DNA from: Amoebophrya sp. A120
Lineage: Eukaryota; Protista; Dinoflagellata
Direction: 5' to 3'
Length of the DNA: 64,000 nt
Assembly (NCBI GenBank): GCA_905178155.1
Contig: CAJINV010000002.1
Location: 270,354 to 334,353 of the forward strand
The notes under the pieces were generated by a model that was not told the DNA's origin, searched no databases, and saw nothing but the letters and a program-made list of their open reading frames with translations. This document shows, piece after piece, positions 1 through 11,725 of this stretch. Position numbers and translations under genes: made by a program. Numbering within the stretch: position 1 is the stretch's first letter; every line of letters begins with the position of its first letter.

Positions 1-3000
1 CACTGCATTCGTACGCTGTTCGGGCTGGAAGGGAAGTGCGACCACCGGCACCCGGGCCTGCATCGCTTCGCCCAGGCTCGAAACGCCACAGGAGGAAGCG
101 AAGACCAGGCGGCGTTGGGCACCAAAGTAGCAGAGCAAAGCGGTCTGGTCGATGCTGTTGCGCTCGAGTCGGATGAAGGGCGGCAAAGCCGATGCGGGTA
201 CAACATCTTTCTTTAAGCTCAGGCGGAGTACCACGTAGTACTTGGCAGGGCCGAGGTGCGAAAGGTCGGCCACGATGTTGTCAAACACCTGTTTTTCCAC
301 GTGGTAAAGCGTCCCGAGCGACAAATACACGATCTGCCGGCCCCCCGCCGCGGCTTCCAAGGATTGCAGAAAAAGCTGCGTCGTGTTGTCGGGGCTGGTA
401 TAGGAAGTTATCTTGGTTCTGTCCGTAGGGCAAAAGCCGGTTTCCTCCTGTCCGGAAACCATCAACGCGGCAACGGGGGCTTCATTCGAAAAAACGCCTT
501 CATCCTTAGCTAGAAAGGGAGCTGCAGGCGGGGATCTAGTGTTTCCGCTCGCGCCGCGGATGGGAAACACGCGACCCACGAAAATTTCTGCACCCTGGAG
601 GTGTTCCTGTGAAGAAGAAGATGCTGAGGATATCATTTGTAAAAACGTCCCCAACCCAGAGTTGCAATGCAAATCTGCATGCTGAAAATGTTTCTCATGC
701 GGAGACCCATCAGAAGCAATGTCTGATCGTGTTTCGGAATGTTCATGCTCCAATCAGCATGACGTGCGAGCTCTGTGATGCTGCTCTGCTAGCTAAACAG
801 GATTACGCTACTAGAGCACGCCTGTCATGCGAAAGCACCAAAGCTGGCTGATTTGTCTAGCAGATTTCCCATCTTGACTCTGGTGTGGAAAGTTTTTACT
901 CAGCATAGGGGACCGTCCTGCAGCCGTGGAGCAAGTAGCGGCAGAAGTGGTCTGAAGCCCCGGATCTTCGGTAGTTCCTGAGCTGTAGAGCTCCGTATGC
1001 ATTGCAAATATGTCTGGGTCTGGAACGCTGGAACTTGTCATGCTATTTCTGGATAGTGCAAAAATCTGTGTTGCATGAGGACCAAAAGCTGTCCGCTTTT
1101 GACCAAATTGAGAGGCAGGTTCTCATGCAGGTGAGGCATGATAGAGGTCGCGCACAGTCTGTCATGCCAGGCCATGCATGACAGACCTCATGCGTCATGG
1201 AAAATCTGCACGACAAACAAGGCCCACCCGAGCGTGGGGCCAGGGTCCCCACGCTGGGGCCTTGTGCTCGTCCCTAGTGGCGCTAGTGGGGGAAGGGTGT
1301 TCGGCATCGGGGCGGACAGCGTCCGCCCCTCGCCTCACACCAGGCGCGCGCGTAGTGGCTTAGTGCGCGAAACGCTAGTGGGGGAAGGGTGTTCGGCATC
1401 GGGGCGGACAGCGTCCGCCCCTCGCCTCACACCAGGCGCGCGCGTAGTGGCTTAGTGCGCGAAGCGCTACTGGAAAAAGGGCGAACTAGGCGCACTGCAT
1501 TTTGCAAGAAAAAACAGAAATAGAAGCAAAGTGAGTATCTCTGTGTGGCTGCTGCAAAAAAGTTCTCTAGTGTTGAAGCGCAACGCCTTTCCGATTCCAC
1601 AGAGCAAAGTAAGCAGCTGTCGCCTGGCCGTGCATTGCAGTGATAGCCGCTTTTTTATTTTTGCATCGCAACGCAAAGACTTCTTTGTTTATGGAGGCAG
1701 TTTATGTTACGGCTTTAATCATTTTCATTTTTGATTTTGTTCGCGTCGCATTTTTTTGTTTGGGCGCTCTTACTTTATTTTTCACGTCAAGAGCGGAGGT
1801 TGGCTTGAAAAATAAATATTTGCGCCCAGGCCCTGGTCTCGCCTTTGCTTTATCCTCTCGCTTCGCCTGTCGCGGCCACCTCTCCAGGTCACCTGTCGAA
1901 GTCACCTGTCAAGGTCACCTGTCAAGGTCACCTGTCAGCGTCACCTGTCAAGGTCACCTGTCGAGGTCAGCTGTCAAGGTCACCTGTCAAGGTCACCTGT
2001 CAAGGTCACCTGTCAGGGTCGCCTGTCAAGGTCACCTGTCAAGGTCACCTGTCGAGGTCACCTGTCGAGGTCACCTGTCGCCGGGGGGTAGGCGGGACCA
2101 GAGCCCGGAAGTCATCAAGCAATGTAAATATTAGTCTCGCAGTCTTCCAGACCCAGACATTTTTACATTTGATACTCCGAAGGTAGGCACAAAACCGCTG
2201 AGTCCTCGGCTCGCAAGGAGGGCAAGGTGCTCGGACGCGGGTCCCCCATCACGTCTGTCACCCACTCCACGTAGGCCTTTTCGCCTTTCCCGTCGCCGTC
2301 AAAGCCCCCCTGCGCGCGACTGTCCGGGCTTCTCGCGTAGTCTTTGGAGTTGCCATACTATCACAGGAAAAAAGCGGTACAGTTACACATTTGTTGGAAT
2401 TTCAGCATCACAAAGTTGCTCTGCATGGCTGATGCGCAGACTATAAGGGAAAACACGAATGAAATGTAAATGAGGCTGCCTGGCATTTCCTGCATGACAG
2501 AGGTTGTCTGTCTTGCTTGTCTTACATCAGAGTGTGTAACTGTAACACTTTTTTCTCACGATACATACCAGACCGACTGCGCAACCTGCGCGGGGGTCCA
2601 AGTCGTGGACGCATACTGGGGCATGGCCGAAATCCAGTCAGCGATCCAATAGTCCACGTTTCCCTGCACTTTCTCGCGGATGGTCGTGTCTAGCCACTCG
2701 CGCAAACTGGGGCGCATGTCCTTTGCCCGCACGTCGGAACGGGTCCTGAGCCATTTTCTCGCTTCCTCCACCGGGCCGCGTAGGATTTCCACCCGCGGCG
2801 CCACTTCTTCTACCCTCGTGGCCAGCAGCGCCGAAAAGGTGATGAAATACACCCTCGCCAAGCCTGCGAAATCTTCGCTGAGTCGCTTCATGACCAGCGT
2901 CGCTTGCATAATTTCCGTGTCGAGGAAGCCGCCCGCAAACACGATGTTCACTTTTCTTGGTAGTTCTTTTTCGAGCTCCGCCTGTGCCTGTTCCAGTTCC

Positions 3001-4389
3001 TCACTCAGCTCCTCGGTCCGGTGACGCAACTGGTCCGCCGTGGCCACCTCCTGTGTATACAGTGCCTATGAACTGCAAAAGTAGCGCACTCGTGTAAATG
3101 CATTACAAATTTCCTCAGCATGAGAAATAAAATTTGTATATGCGGACTTCCGTTAAGAAAAAAAATTGTAATGCATGACTGCAATACGAGTATCAGATAC
3201 TTTTGCACAGGATAGCACCAAGAACACGGCAAAAGCAGCGGCAAAGAGGACCGCCAAGGCAAAGAGCGCGACCACAACTGGCAAAGCAGTTATCAAATGC
3301 AAAAATGTCTGGGTCTGGAAGATTAGAACTTGTCATGCTAAATCTGAATGATGCAAAAATCTGTGTTGCGTGAGTACCAAAAGCTGTCCGCTTCTGAACA
3401 AGTTGAGAGGGAGTCTCTCATGCAGGAAAGGCATGATAGAGACCTCAAGGAATCTGTGATGCTGGGCCTCGCATTCCAGACCTCATGGGCCATGGAAAAC
3501 CTGCATCACAAATCTTGCATTCTTCCAGACCCAGACATTTTTACAATCCATAGCAGTGGCGAACCTGCAAAAAGAACGGGTGCAGCAGGAAGGAAATGAT
3601 GATAAAAATCCCTGGATGTCTGGAAGAATGCAACTTGTCACGCTAAATCTGAAACAAGCAAGAATCTGTGTTGCATGATTACCAAAAGTCGTCCAGTTTT
3701 GACCAAGTCGGGAGGGGGTTTCTCATCGACAGGATAGGCATGAGAGAGGTCGCGCAGAATCTGTCATCGACTAGGTCCTGCATTCCAGAGGACCTCATGG
3801 GTCATGGAAAAGCTGCATGACAAATCGCTCATTCTTCCAGACGTCCAGGGATTTTTACATTTGATAATGCTGTCGTTGAGTCGACGTCGTCTTGCTCTCC
3901 AGCCTTATGAAATGCAAATATGTCTGGGTCTGGAATAAACTTGTGTTGTTAATACTTGGATTGCATGATACTCTGGCGGCTTGTACGGCAGAACAGCATG
4001 AGAAATTTTTGTCCTCGGCTGTCCTTGGGCGAAAAATTGATTTTTCGTATTTGGCATTACAAACTGCAATCCACCACGACAAAAAACTGGCCAATGGTAT
4101 TCATGCACTACAGATCTTGTTGTCCTTGAAGTACCGCGTCACAAATTCAGACCCAGATCGGTATTTGCAATGCATAAGCCTTAACATCATCGTACAACAG
4201 CTCCAGGTCGTCAACGTCCTGCTGGTCGTCGTCCCAGGTCGGGCCTGAGTCGTTCTTCTCGACATGGTTCTTCTCTTGCTCGTCCTTCTCGACGTCTTCA
4301 GGCAATAGAGCTTCTACCCCAAATTCATCTTCCACGTCCTCGACGACATGGTCACGGCAGCAACTGCTCGAAGAACTGTTCTCGCGCAT
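1..4389 (-). CDS. UDP-glycosyltransferase (GT1, GT-B fold) with N-terminal transmembrane helix; runs off the window; 7 introner introns
   Basis: Exons 4389-4177, 3900-3867, 3595-3553, 3285-3215, 3061-2564, 2353-2175, 990-908, 625-1 join without stops. Motifs: TM LPVVVALFALAVLFAAAFAVFLVL, IVYLSLGT, and PSPG-like IDQTALL...FASSCGVSSLGEAMQARVPVVALPFQPEQRTNA. Confidence 0.88.
631..907. mobile_element. TIR introner, family A
   Basis: TIR tatcatttgtaaaaacgtcccc / gtggaaagtttttactcagcata; direct repeat gagga/gggga. Confidence 0.9.
1281..1469. repeat. 92-bp tandem duplication
   Basis: cgctagtgggggaagggtgttcggcatcgg unit starts at 1281 and 1373, with a partial start at 1465. Confidence 0.95.
1886..2080. 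repeat. 14-bp minisatellite (aggtcacctgtca)
   Basis: About 14 consecutive units. Confidence 0.95.
2359..2563. mobile_element. TIR introner, family F-like
   Basis: tatcacaggaaaaaagcggtacagttacac / gtgtaactgtaacacttttttctcacgata; TSD catac. Confidence 0.88.
3067..3214. mobile_element. TIR introner, family C
   Basis: tatgaactgcaaaagta / tacttttgcacaggata; direct repeat gtgcc/gcacc. Confidence 0.9.
3291..3552. mobile_element. TIR introner, family B
   Basis: Family B TIRs; TSD gcagt. Confidence 0.95.
3601..3866. mobile_element. TIR introner, family B, with variant TIR
   Basis: aaaaatccctggatgtctggaag / cttccagacgtccagggattttt; direct repeat atgat/atgct. Confidence 0.88.
3906..4176. mobile_element. 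TIR introner, family B TIRs with a different core
   Basis: TSD agcct at 3901-3905 and 4177-4181. Confidence 0.9.
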
Positions 4390-5012
4390 TTTTCTTCACC
4401 TACTAGAGGTACTATTTTTCTCTACTATACTTCCTCACGTGATGATGAACGTAGGTTTTTAGTTGCAATGTCAAATACAAACGGTGAATTGAAATTACGT
4501 AGACGTACACATGGAATGAAGAAAAAATAAACAAAGCACCGGAACAATTTTACTCACCACAACAAGAAAATCATACGCAAACAACTAGCCGATACTTCGG
4601 ATTTTGAATTCTTCTACTGCTGCTCAGCCTGGTTTGTTTATAGACATCTTTGCGCCCTGTTGAGCATCGATGGGAGGAGCGCTTTTGTTTCAAAAACATA
4701 TTTGATCTGCAGCAAGAACTCTGCCAGTCAAATTTCTTCTCCTTTCCACATGAAGTAGAAGAACCATGGACCTTTTTCGATCGGATCTTTGATTTAGATC
4801 GGTCTGAAGAATTTCGAAAGGGAACCTGATGTTGACATTTCGACGTCCACCGACGAGATCATCGATCACCGACTGATGTCTAGTACTAACTGTGGATCAT
4901 TTTGATCATACTTTAGAGCGGCAGGCTGAAGAAGATGGAGAAAGCTTTTATTCTCTGACCTTCAAAGAGGAGACCGTCTCTTCTTTCACGGCAGGTCTCG
5001 CCACGACTTCTG

Positions 5013-5141
5013 TTTTGGCCGCTGTTTTGCATGACAAAGTTGGACTCCGAGTGTAGTTCTGTTTGAGGTAGTTCAGCAGCAGCATCACAGCTCTAGTACA
5101 TCATGCTGATTGGCGCATTACAAATTCCAAAACACGTCAGA
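5013..5141. mobile_element. Internal fragment of a family A element
   Basis: Matches 15620-15750; no TIRs. Confidence 0.75.
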
Positions 5142-5164
5142 GTCATGCTGATTGGCGCATTTCA

Positions 5165-5580
5165 AAGAGCAGACCGTCTCCTCTTCGTATACCCAATCCA
5201 CGGATCTGAGTCCGTTCTTCGAGTACTACAAATTGCTCAGTTCGGAATACACGACTTCTATTCCAGCGGCCAAAGGAGAGGCATTGATCCGTTTCTTGAT
5301 CAACAATACAGTTGCAGTGTCGATGAACACGGCGAGGACCCTTCGGCCAGCACTGGAGGTGCATTTCAAGTTGCGAGCGACTAGTAGTACCTTCGACCAT
5401 TGCTTTGCCAGCTAAGCTTTTAGCTTTTAAATCGGACGCACCAAGAGCCTGTGAAGAACTTCTAAAAGTTTAGTTCAGGCGCGGAATGCGACGCCATGGG
5501 GTTCCACCTCAGGCCAATAGTTTTCATCATCCCATTTAGTGTTTCATGTTTTTTGTTTTTTCAGTACGACGACCATCATC
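5165..5580. repeat. Dispersed ~400-bp repeat, copy 1 of 3
   Basis: Shares ggagaggcattgatccg...ttcaagttgcgagc...cacctcaggccaatagttttcatcatcc with 36520-36870 and 39915-40270. Confidence 0.9.
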
Positions 5581-5636
5581 TTTTTGTTGTTTTCAATTTC
5601 CTTTGAAAGCGTATCGGTATGACGATCACTATCCGA

Positions 5637-5731
5637 GAATCTATCCTTCAGTGAAGGATAGATTCCTCCATCCTTCAGCGTAGCAGATAGACTCCCAGAT
5701 GGTGAAGTTCACCATCTGGGAGTCTATCTGC
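5637..5731. repeat. Two perfect palindromes (14-bp and 24-bp arms, 1-nt loops)
   Basis: Arms 5637-5650/5652-5665 and 5683-5706/5708-5731. Confidence 0.95.
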
Positions 5732-5872
5732 ATCGTTCCTGTGCAACAGCATTACTACTACTACTACTACTACTGTCTGCTTAATCCGGTTATTAGTCTA
5801 ATAGGCTTTCTTTAACTTAAGGCTATATTCGGATGCGCAGCGTGACACTATTTCCTGGTGCCCGGGCGGGCG

Positions 5873-8800
5873 TTACTGGCCGGGGGGCAGGTCGTCGGCA
5901 ACCCATATCTTAGTACTGCTGTCTTGTCTAAAAATGGAGCCATAGACCGTCGCCTCCTCCTTTCCCGCGTTCTCACAGAAAAAGAAGCTACTGACTCGGA
6001 ACTGCAGCTCTTTGCCGTCGTCCGTTTTTACGAAGAAGCTGTACTTGGACCGTGGTCGCTTTGTCCACACTTTCCCGCTAATTCGCTGCAGCGTTTCCCT
6101 GTTCCTCTCTTCCTGTTCCTCTCGCTGCTGTTCTAGTCTTCGTCGTCTCTCTTCTTCCATCGCTGTCCGCTTTTTGCTTTTTGGCGCGCCTGCCTTTGCG
6201 CCTTTTGGCTTTTTCGGTGTCTTTACGCGCCTGGCTGCGTCTATTGTGGCCCGGATTGCGATTCCCGTCGGCTTTGTTTCTTTGATTACTTCCAGCGGTA
6301 TTGCGTAGTAGTCTAAGTCCTCCTGCGCTTGTCTCCCCCAGGGAGTCTTGTGTTTTATTTTTGCCTCGATGCGCGCAAAAGACCCTTCGTTTTCGTCTCC
6401 CCGACGGGCGTGGGCAATCCACGCGACCCGCTTCGCGCGGATCTCGTCCTCGATAGGCTGCACCCCGAGCTCGTGGCAGAGCTCGAGCCTGCTTTTTCCT
6501 ATCCTTCGTTACGGAAGTGGCCCCCGAGGATTTCGCGAAGAGCTGAGTCTTGGAACCGCCGCAGCGCGGCGTCCTGCGCTGTTGTGGTGGTCCACGTCTC
6601 CGCGTTGTACAACGCTATGCTCAAACTCAACGCCCGATAGAGGTCGGACTTGAGCCTGGTCGGCAGTGTGGCGTCGCGCCACACCGGGGCTAGTTGTTTT
6701 ACGACCCCGGCGGCAATTGCGCACCGCCGTGTCGTTTCTCCCTCTGTGCTGCCGTCCCGCCCGACTTCTGTCCCTAGGTATCTGAAGCAGCCCACTATCT
6801 CCACCGCCCCGCCATTGTACTCGAAGGGCGGGACGCTTTCCGGCGCCAAGGCTTTCGCCTTTTGCTTTTTCTTCTCTTCCACCATGCGGCTGACCCGCAG
6901 GGTTCTGAGTTCTTTCAGCGTTTTTACTGGGCGGCAAAAGCCGGTGGCTTGGTGGAATTGCAGCGCCGTCTCGTCTGCCAAGATGCCGCCACACCGCTCA
7001 CACACAAACTTGTTTTTCTCCTCCAGCACGTACTTCCTGTGGCCCAACATTGTTGTTCTCATGCTTTCCCCATTGTGTGTGCGCGCCCACCCGGACTGCT
7101 TGCATGATAAAACTTCTATACCCAGGCTCGGGTCGTCCCACACGAGAAAATGTGTGGGAGCTAGATCGCCGGATGCATCCCGCGGCGCTGGTAGCTGCTG
7201 TATTTCGGCAGCCCACTCTGAACACCAGTCCGCCCCGCTCCAGTCGATCAGCCACCCCTCTGCTTCGTCTACTACTAATCTTTCCATTACTGCCTCTGGA
7301 TTTTTCCGCTTCTCCACTTCCGGGTTGACCGCCATGACCTTCGTCTTTTTCACGTTCAACTCCAGGCCGACGAAGCGGCACGCAGCCGCCAATTCGCGGA
7401 GCGCAAACTCCGCCGCCGCCCTGCTGGCCTCTTTGACGACGAGGTCGTCGACGAACCCCAACCAGGTCAGGGCGTGTGCCCACGCCTCGTCTTCGGTCCA
7501 CCCGTACTCTTCCGCCATCGTCTTGGCGAGTTGTCGTATCGCCCAATCCAGGCATAACGCAAAAAGGAGCGGGCTCAGGCCGCTCCCTTGCCTGATCCCG
7601 CTCTTTTGCTTGAACGCTGGGGCGCTCTTGTTGTCGCCCAGTCGTGTGACTACCTGCGCGCACTTTTGGTACATGTTTTGCACCACTTTGCAGACATTTT
7701 CTGGTAGGCCCTGCTTCCTCAAAATGGGGAACAAGACCGACCACGCGAGGCTATCGAAAGCTTTCTGGAAGTCTATAAACGTGTAGTAGGCCCGGCGCCC
7801 CTCCCTGTTGTTCTTCTCTATGTCCCGCAACAACTGGAAGACTGCGTGCCGGCAGGACAGCCCGCGGCGGCAGCCCTTCTGCTTTGGGCTCATGTGCTTG
7901 TTGGCCTCGTCTTCGATCCGCCGCAGGATTACCAAGCAAGCCGAGCAACTTCTCGCCCAGGGTTATCAGGGCTATGGGTCGGTAGTTCTTCGGGTCCCGC
8001 TTCACCCCGTCCTTGTGAAGCATCGCCACTACCGCCTCACCCCATTCAGGGGGAATGTCGTCCCCTCTGAATATGCGGCGCACTAGGGACACTAGTACGG
8101 CCTGCGCCGTCGGGCACTCACGTGCGAATTCCGCCGGGATTGGGCCTGCAAAGGCCTTGCCCCGCTTCAGCTCTCGGAGCGCGGCAACAATTTCGGCTTC
8201 GGTCGGAATTTCGTCCAAGCCGCTGCGCCATGCTTTCGCCGTCTCGTCTTTTTCTAGTTCTGCCGCGCACCTTTTCCACGTTTTTGTTTGCTGGACGTTG
8301 GGTGGTGCTGTTGGTCTCTCCGTCCCGAACACGCCCCCCCAGAATTCCGTCCAGGCTTCTGGGGGGCCGGGCAGTTCCTGCGGTCTCTGTCTCCCCCGCC
8401 CTGCGAGCTGGCGCACTGTTTCATACACCATTTTCGTATTGCCGCATTGGTCTGCCCGCCTGAGAGATTCTACTTTGTCTGCCACCCATGCTAATCGGTC
8501 GCGTTTCACCAACTTATTGATCTCCCTGGTTAGCCCGGTCACCTTCTTCTTTTGCTGCTTCGCCCGTCTTCGCTCTTCGGTCTTCCCCCAGGTTTCTGCC
8601 GTGATCCACGGCTTGCGCGGTCCGGCCGGGGTCAGATTGTTCAGCTTGTCGAGGGTCGTGCGGGGGTCTTTCTGAAATTGCGACCAAAAGGCCGCCGCGC
8701 TTGTTTCCCCCTCTTCTATTTGCGCGATGGCTTCCGGGGTGTATTTTGTTGCTAGTAAGTTGTCTGCTGCCTGTGCTTTCTCCTTGCTCCTGATGATCTG

Positions 8801-9826
8801 GGGGGGGATCTTCCTCACCACCGGTTGCTTTATTGCTCCCAGCTTCATCTCCACCACCACTAGGCAGTGGTCGCCCTGCACTGCAGTTCCCCGCACTACA
8901 CGCAGTTTTTCGAAAAGGCCCTTGTCTCGAAACGAGACCAAAAACCTATCATATTCGCGCAGCCTCCGCGCGCCCTCCGACTTCCATTCCCCCTCAAAGG
9001 TGTGCCGCTGGCTCCATTTCTTTCTTTGGAGGCTCGAAAGGTCGACCAGGTGGTTTGCCGCTGCCAGGGCGTGCAGCCTTTCGCGATTATCCGAGCGGAG
9101 AACAAAATCGCTGGTAAGCCCACATCTTCCAACTACATAGCTTAAGCCTGCGTCTGCAAGCTCCGTCTCTGGGCCCCCCAATTCACAGTTGTGATCGCCG
9201 CCAAGGATGGCGACGTCGTATCTACTGTGTCGCTGCATCTCCTCCCGCGCCAGGTCGTAGTAGTTCTGCTTTGCCTCTGTTGCTGCTGTGTTGGTGGGGG
9301 CGTACACACTGTAAATGTGCACTCTCTTCCCGAAGCCGCCCCGGATCGAAACCCGGACCAACCTCGCCTGCTGTGTGTCGCTGACGTCCTCGACTTTTAT
9401 TCCCGATCTGATCACTATTACGGTGCCTCCTACCGGTGCCCCGCTTGAATTCGACGTCGCTCCCCCACCATACGCTCTGCATCCGCCCGGCCATTGTTCT
9501 CCCACAAGCCACTCGCGAGTTTTTGTTTCTTGTAGCAGCACTACATCCAGCTTCTGCCGCTTCGCGTCGTCCACGAGCGAAAGAAGCTGCACCGACCAAA
9601 CGTCGCGACCTTCGTCGCGTTTCCCAAGCGTCCTGACGTTAAATGTGCCCAGCCTTATCCTCTTTGTTGTTTTGGTTTTCGTTTTCGCCGTCGTCCGCCA
9701 GTCTCGGGCGGGAGCTTCCCATCCGGTGCTCTTGGCACTGCTGCCGCTGCTGGGGAGCTCCCCCTGCAGGGGAGCTGACTGCGCGGCGTTTGTGTGGTTT
9801 CTCGGTGGTTGTTTTTCGTGGTCCAT
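5873..9826 (-). pseudogene. LINE ORF2 (APE endonuclease + reverse transcriptase) with two frameshifts (~7935, ~6500)
   Basis: GTFNVR, LQETK, YAPT, GGDHN, GDH; NYRPIAL, FIDFQKAFDS, GIRQGSGLSPLLF, FVDD, FRYLG, LYNAETW, RVAWIAHARR, spread over three frames. Confidence 0.92.
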
Positions 9827-10606
9827 CTTGAGTCGGGTCGTAGTTGTTGTTGTTCCGCTCCGCTTGAGCCACTTCCCGCTTGAGCCGCACTCCTTGAGCC
9901 AACTCTCGAAGCAGGTGTAGCTTCTCTCGAGCAAGAAAAAACGCTCTCTCCGCCTGATGCAACCCGACGCTTCCCGCCGACCGCTCAGTGCTCTTCCCTC
10001 CGCCCGCTCAACGTCCAGAAGTTTCTCTCTGCCCCGCTTCCGGCGGCAAGGAAAAATCTAGATAGATTAAAAAATTACTTCTTCTGTCGCGTATAGTACT
10101 GATGCTAATAGCTTCGAATTCCCGATCGAACGCAAATTCTTCTTTCGTCACTGTTAAAAACCGCGCCCGGGGGACGCTCTTACTTCATTCGCGGATAGTG
10201 TCACAATTAAGCCTGCAATAAGAACAAACGGATTGGCGATCCGATTGTCTGAATGACGCGCCTTCTGTGCGTCGTGCTCACAAGTCAAGGCTTGTGTGCG
10301 CCATTATTCCGCTCCACGTTCAGCTATCTTCCTTCAGAGTAAAAACCGGCAAAGTGCCGGGACTTCTTGGTTGCAAATGCAAGGGCTGACCCGCTGGGCC
10401 CGCCCTGGGATAATCTTCGTCGCTCGTTGGTTCGGTCTCTTGGTTAATTTCGGTCGGGACAGATGAAAACGATCTTGCTCTACGCCATGGCTATAACAAC
10501 AGCCGCGGCCTCGCTTACTCGCCCCACAGAGGTGTCGAATTTCTAATTTGCGTGCTCCGGAGAGAGAAGTACTCAGCAGAAGAAATGGCGATCTGCGCGG
10601 CGCAGA

Positions 10607-11725
10607 TCAACGTCGCCTCGAACCGCCGGCGATGATCCGCCTCGGCTTCTCCTCCGCTTTTTTCGTGGTGTTTGTGGCCCCGCCAGTGGTGCTGGTCCCG
10701 CTGCCACCACTGGTCGTCTTGTCTTTTTTGTTTTTCTTATTCGTACTCTTGCTCCTGGTCCGCTTATTCAATTTGTTCTCCTTGTTGCCCCCGGGATCTT
10801 CGGCTTCGGCGGGTGAGGGGGAAGACGTGTCTTCCTGCGCCCCGTTCTTGGGCCGCTTTGCGGACGGATCCGCTTTGTCACCCTCGCCCTCTTCGTCTCC
10901 TTCCTCGATCCCTTCCATCGCTTTCTTCTCGTCCTCTTCCGCCCGGTTCGTGATTTTTCGCTCTTTTTTCAGTGTGTCCTCCGGGTTGCGGACGATATGC
11001 TCCTTGACCTGCAGGGAGGTCAAGTGCTGCTTCGTGACGTTTCTCTTGCGGCTCTGCACCAAACTGCGCAGCTTCATCGTCTCACTGTTGGGCTTCAGCA
11101 TCACCTCAATCCACCCCGACTTGAAAACTGCAATGCTGGCGATAAAGTCCGGCTCGATGCGGCGAAAGGCTTGCGCCATCTCCTCCGCCAACCGGTCGCT
11201 CTTTTTCTCGTCTTCATCCCCGTATTCGTCCATTAGATCGACCAGCTGCAGCTTACCGTCGTCGTCCTCTTGCAGCTCCTGCACGTTTTCGCCCTCTATG
11301 ACTTTAGCGTGCGAAACTGCGTCGCCGACGGTCTCAATGAACTTCTCCTTCCACTTGTCGACTATGTCCGGGAATTTCATCTGCGAAATTGTGATGATCG
11401 AGGTGGAAGTCGAGTTCTTCGTGTGTCCCGGGGAGAAAGGCGGTCGCGCCGCCTGTACTGCACTACTACTGCTGGCAGCCGCGCCATTCTCGGCTTGTTC
11501 TGCGGCGCGTTTCTCCTCCTCGGCTCTTTCCTCCTTCCACTCAGCGAGAGGTAGCCAATCCACACCGTGGATGGACACAATGTTGCGAGCTTTCAAGACC
11601 GCAGTGTCGTACTGCGCGCGGGTGAAGGCCTTGGTCTGGGTCGGGGCAACGGCCGGCTGGTCGGCTTTGTTCTTTCCGCCGCCCTTCCTGTTCTTGCCCT
11701 TGCCCTTCTTTTCTGGTTTGGCCAT
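10607..11725 (-). CDS. LINE ORF1-position protein (372 aa, basic termini)
   Basis: Intact ORF inside the TSD-bounded element, upstream of ORF2; no domain recognised. Confidence 0.8.
   Translation of the reverse strand: MAKPEKKGKGKNRKGGGKNKADQPAVAPTQTKAFTRAQYDTAVLKARNIVSIHGVDWLPLAEWKEERAEEEKRAAEQAENGAAASSSSAVQAARPPFSPGHTKNSTSTSIITISQMKFPDIVDKWKEKFIETVGDAVSHAKVIEGENVQELQEDDDGKLQLVDLMDEYGDEDEKKSDRLAEEMAQAFRRIEPDFIASIAVFKSGWIEVMLKPNSETMKLRSLVQSRKRNVTKQHLTSLQVKEHIVRNPEDTLKKERKITNRAEEDEKKAMEGIEEGDEEGEGDKADPSAKRPKNGAQEDTSSPSPAEAEDPGGNKENKLNKRTRSKSTNKKNKKDKTTSGGSGTSTTGGATNTTKKAEEKPRRIIAGGSRRR

Larger units (their letters stand above)
1218..2134. mobile_element. Non-autonomous insertion with no TSD and a terminal hairpin (Helitron-like?)
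   Basis: Splits the family B consensus gacaaa|tctcgca between A and T; hairpin 1218-1264; contains tandem repeats. Confidence 0.55.
996..2174. mobile_element. TIR introner, family B, expanded by a nested insertion
   Basis: TIR tatgcattgcaaatatgtctgggtctgga / tccagacccagacatttttacatttgata; TSD ctccg at 991-995 and 2175-2179. Confidence 0.9.
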
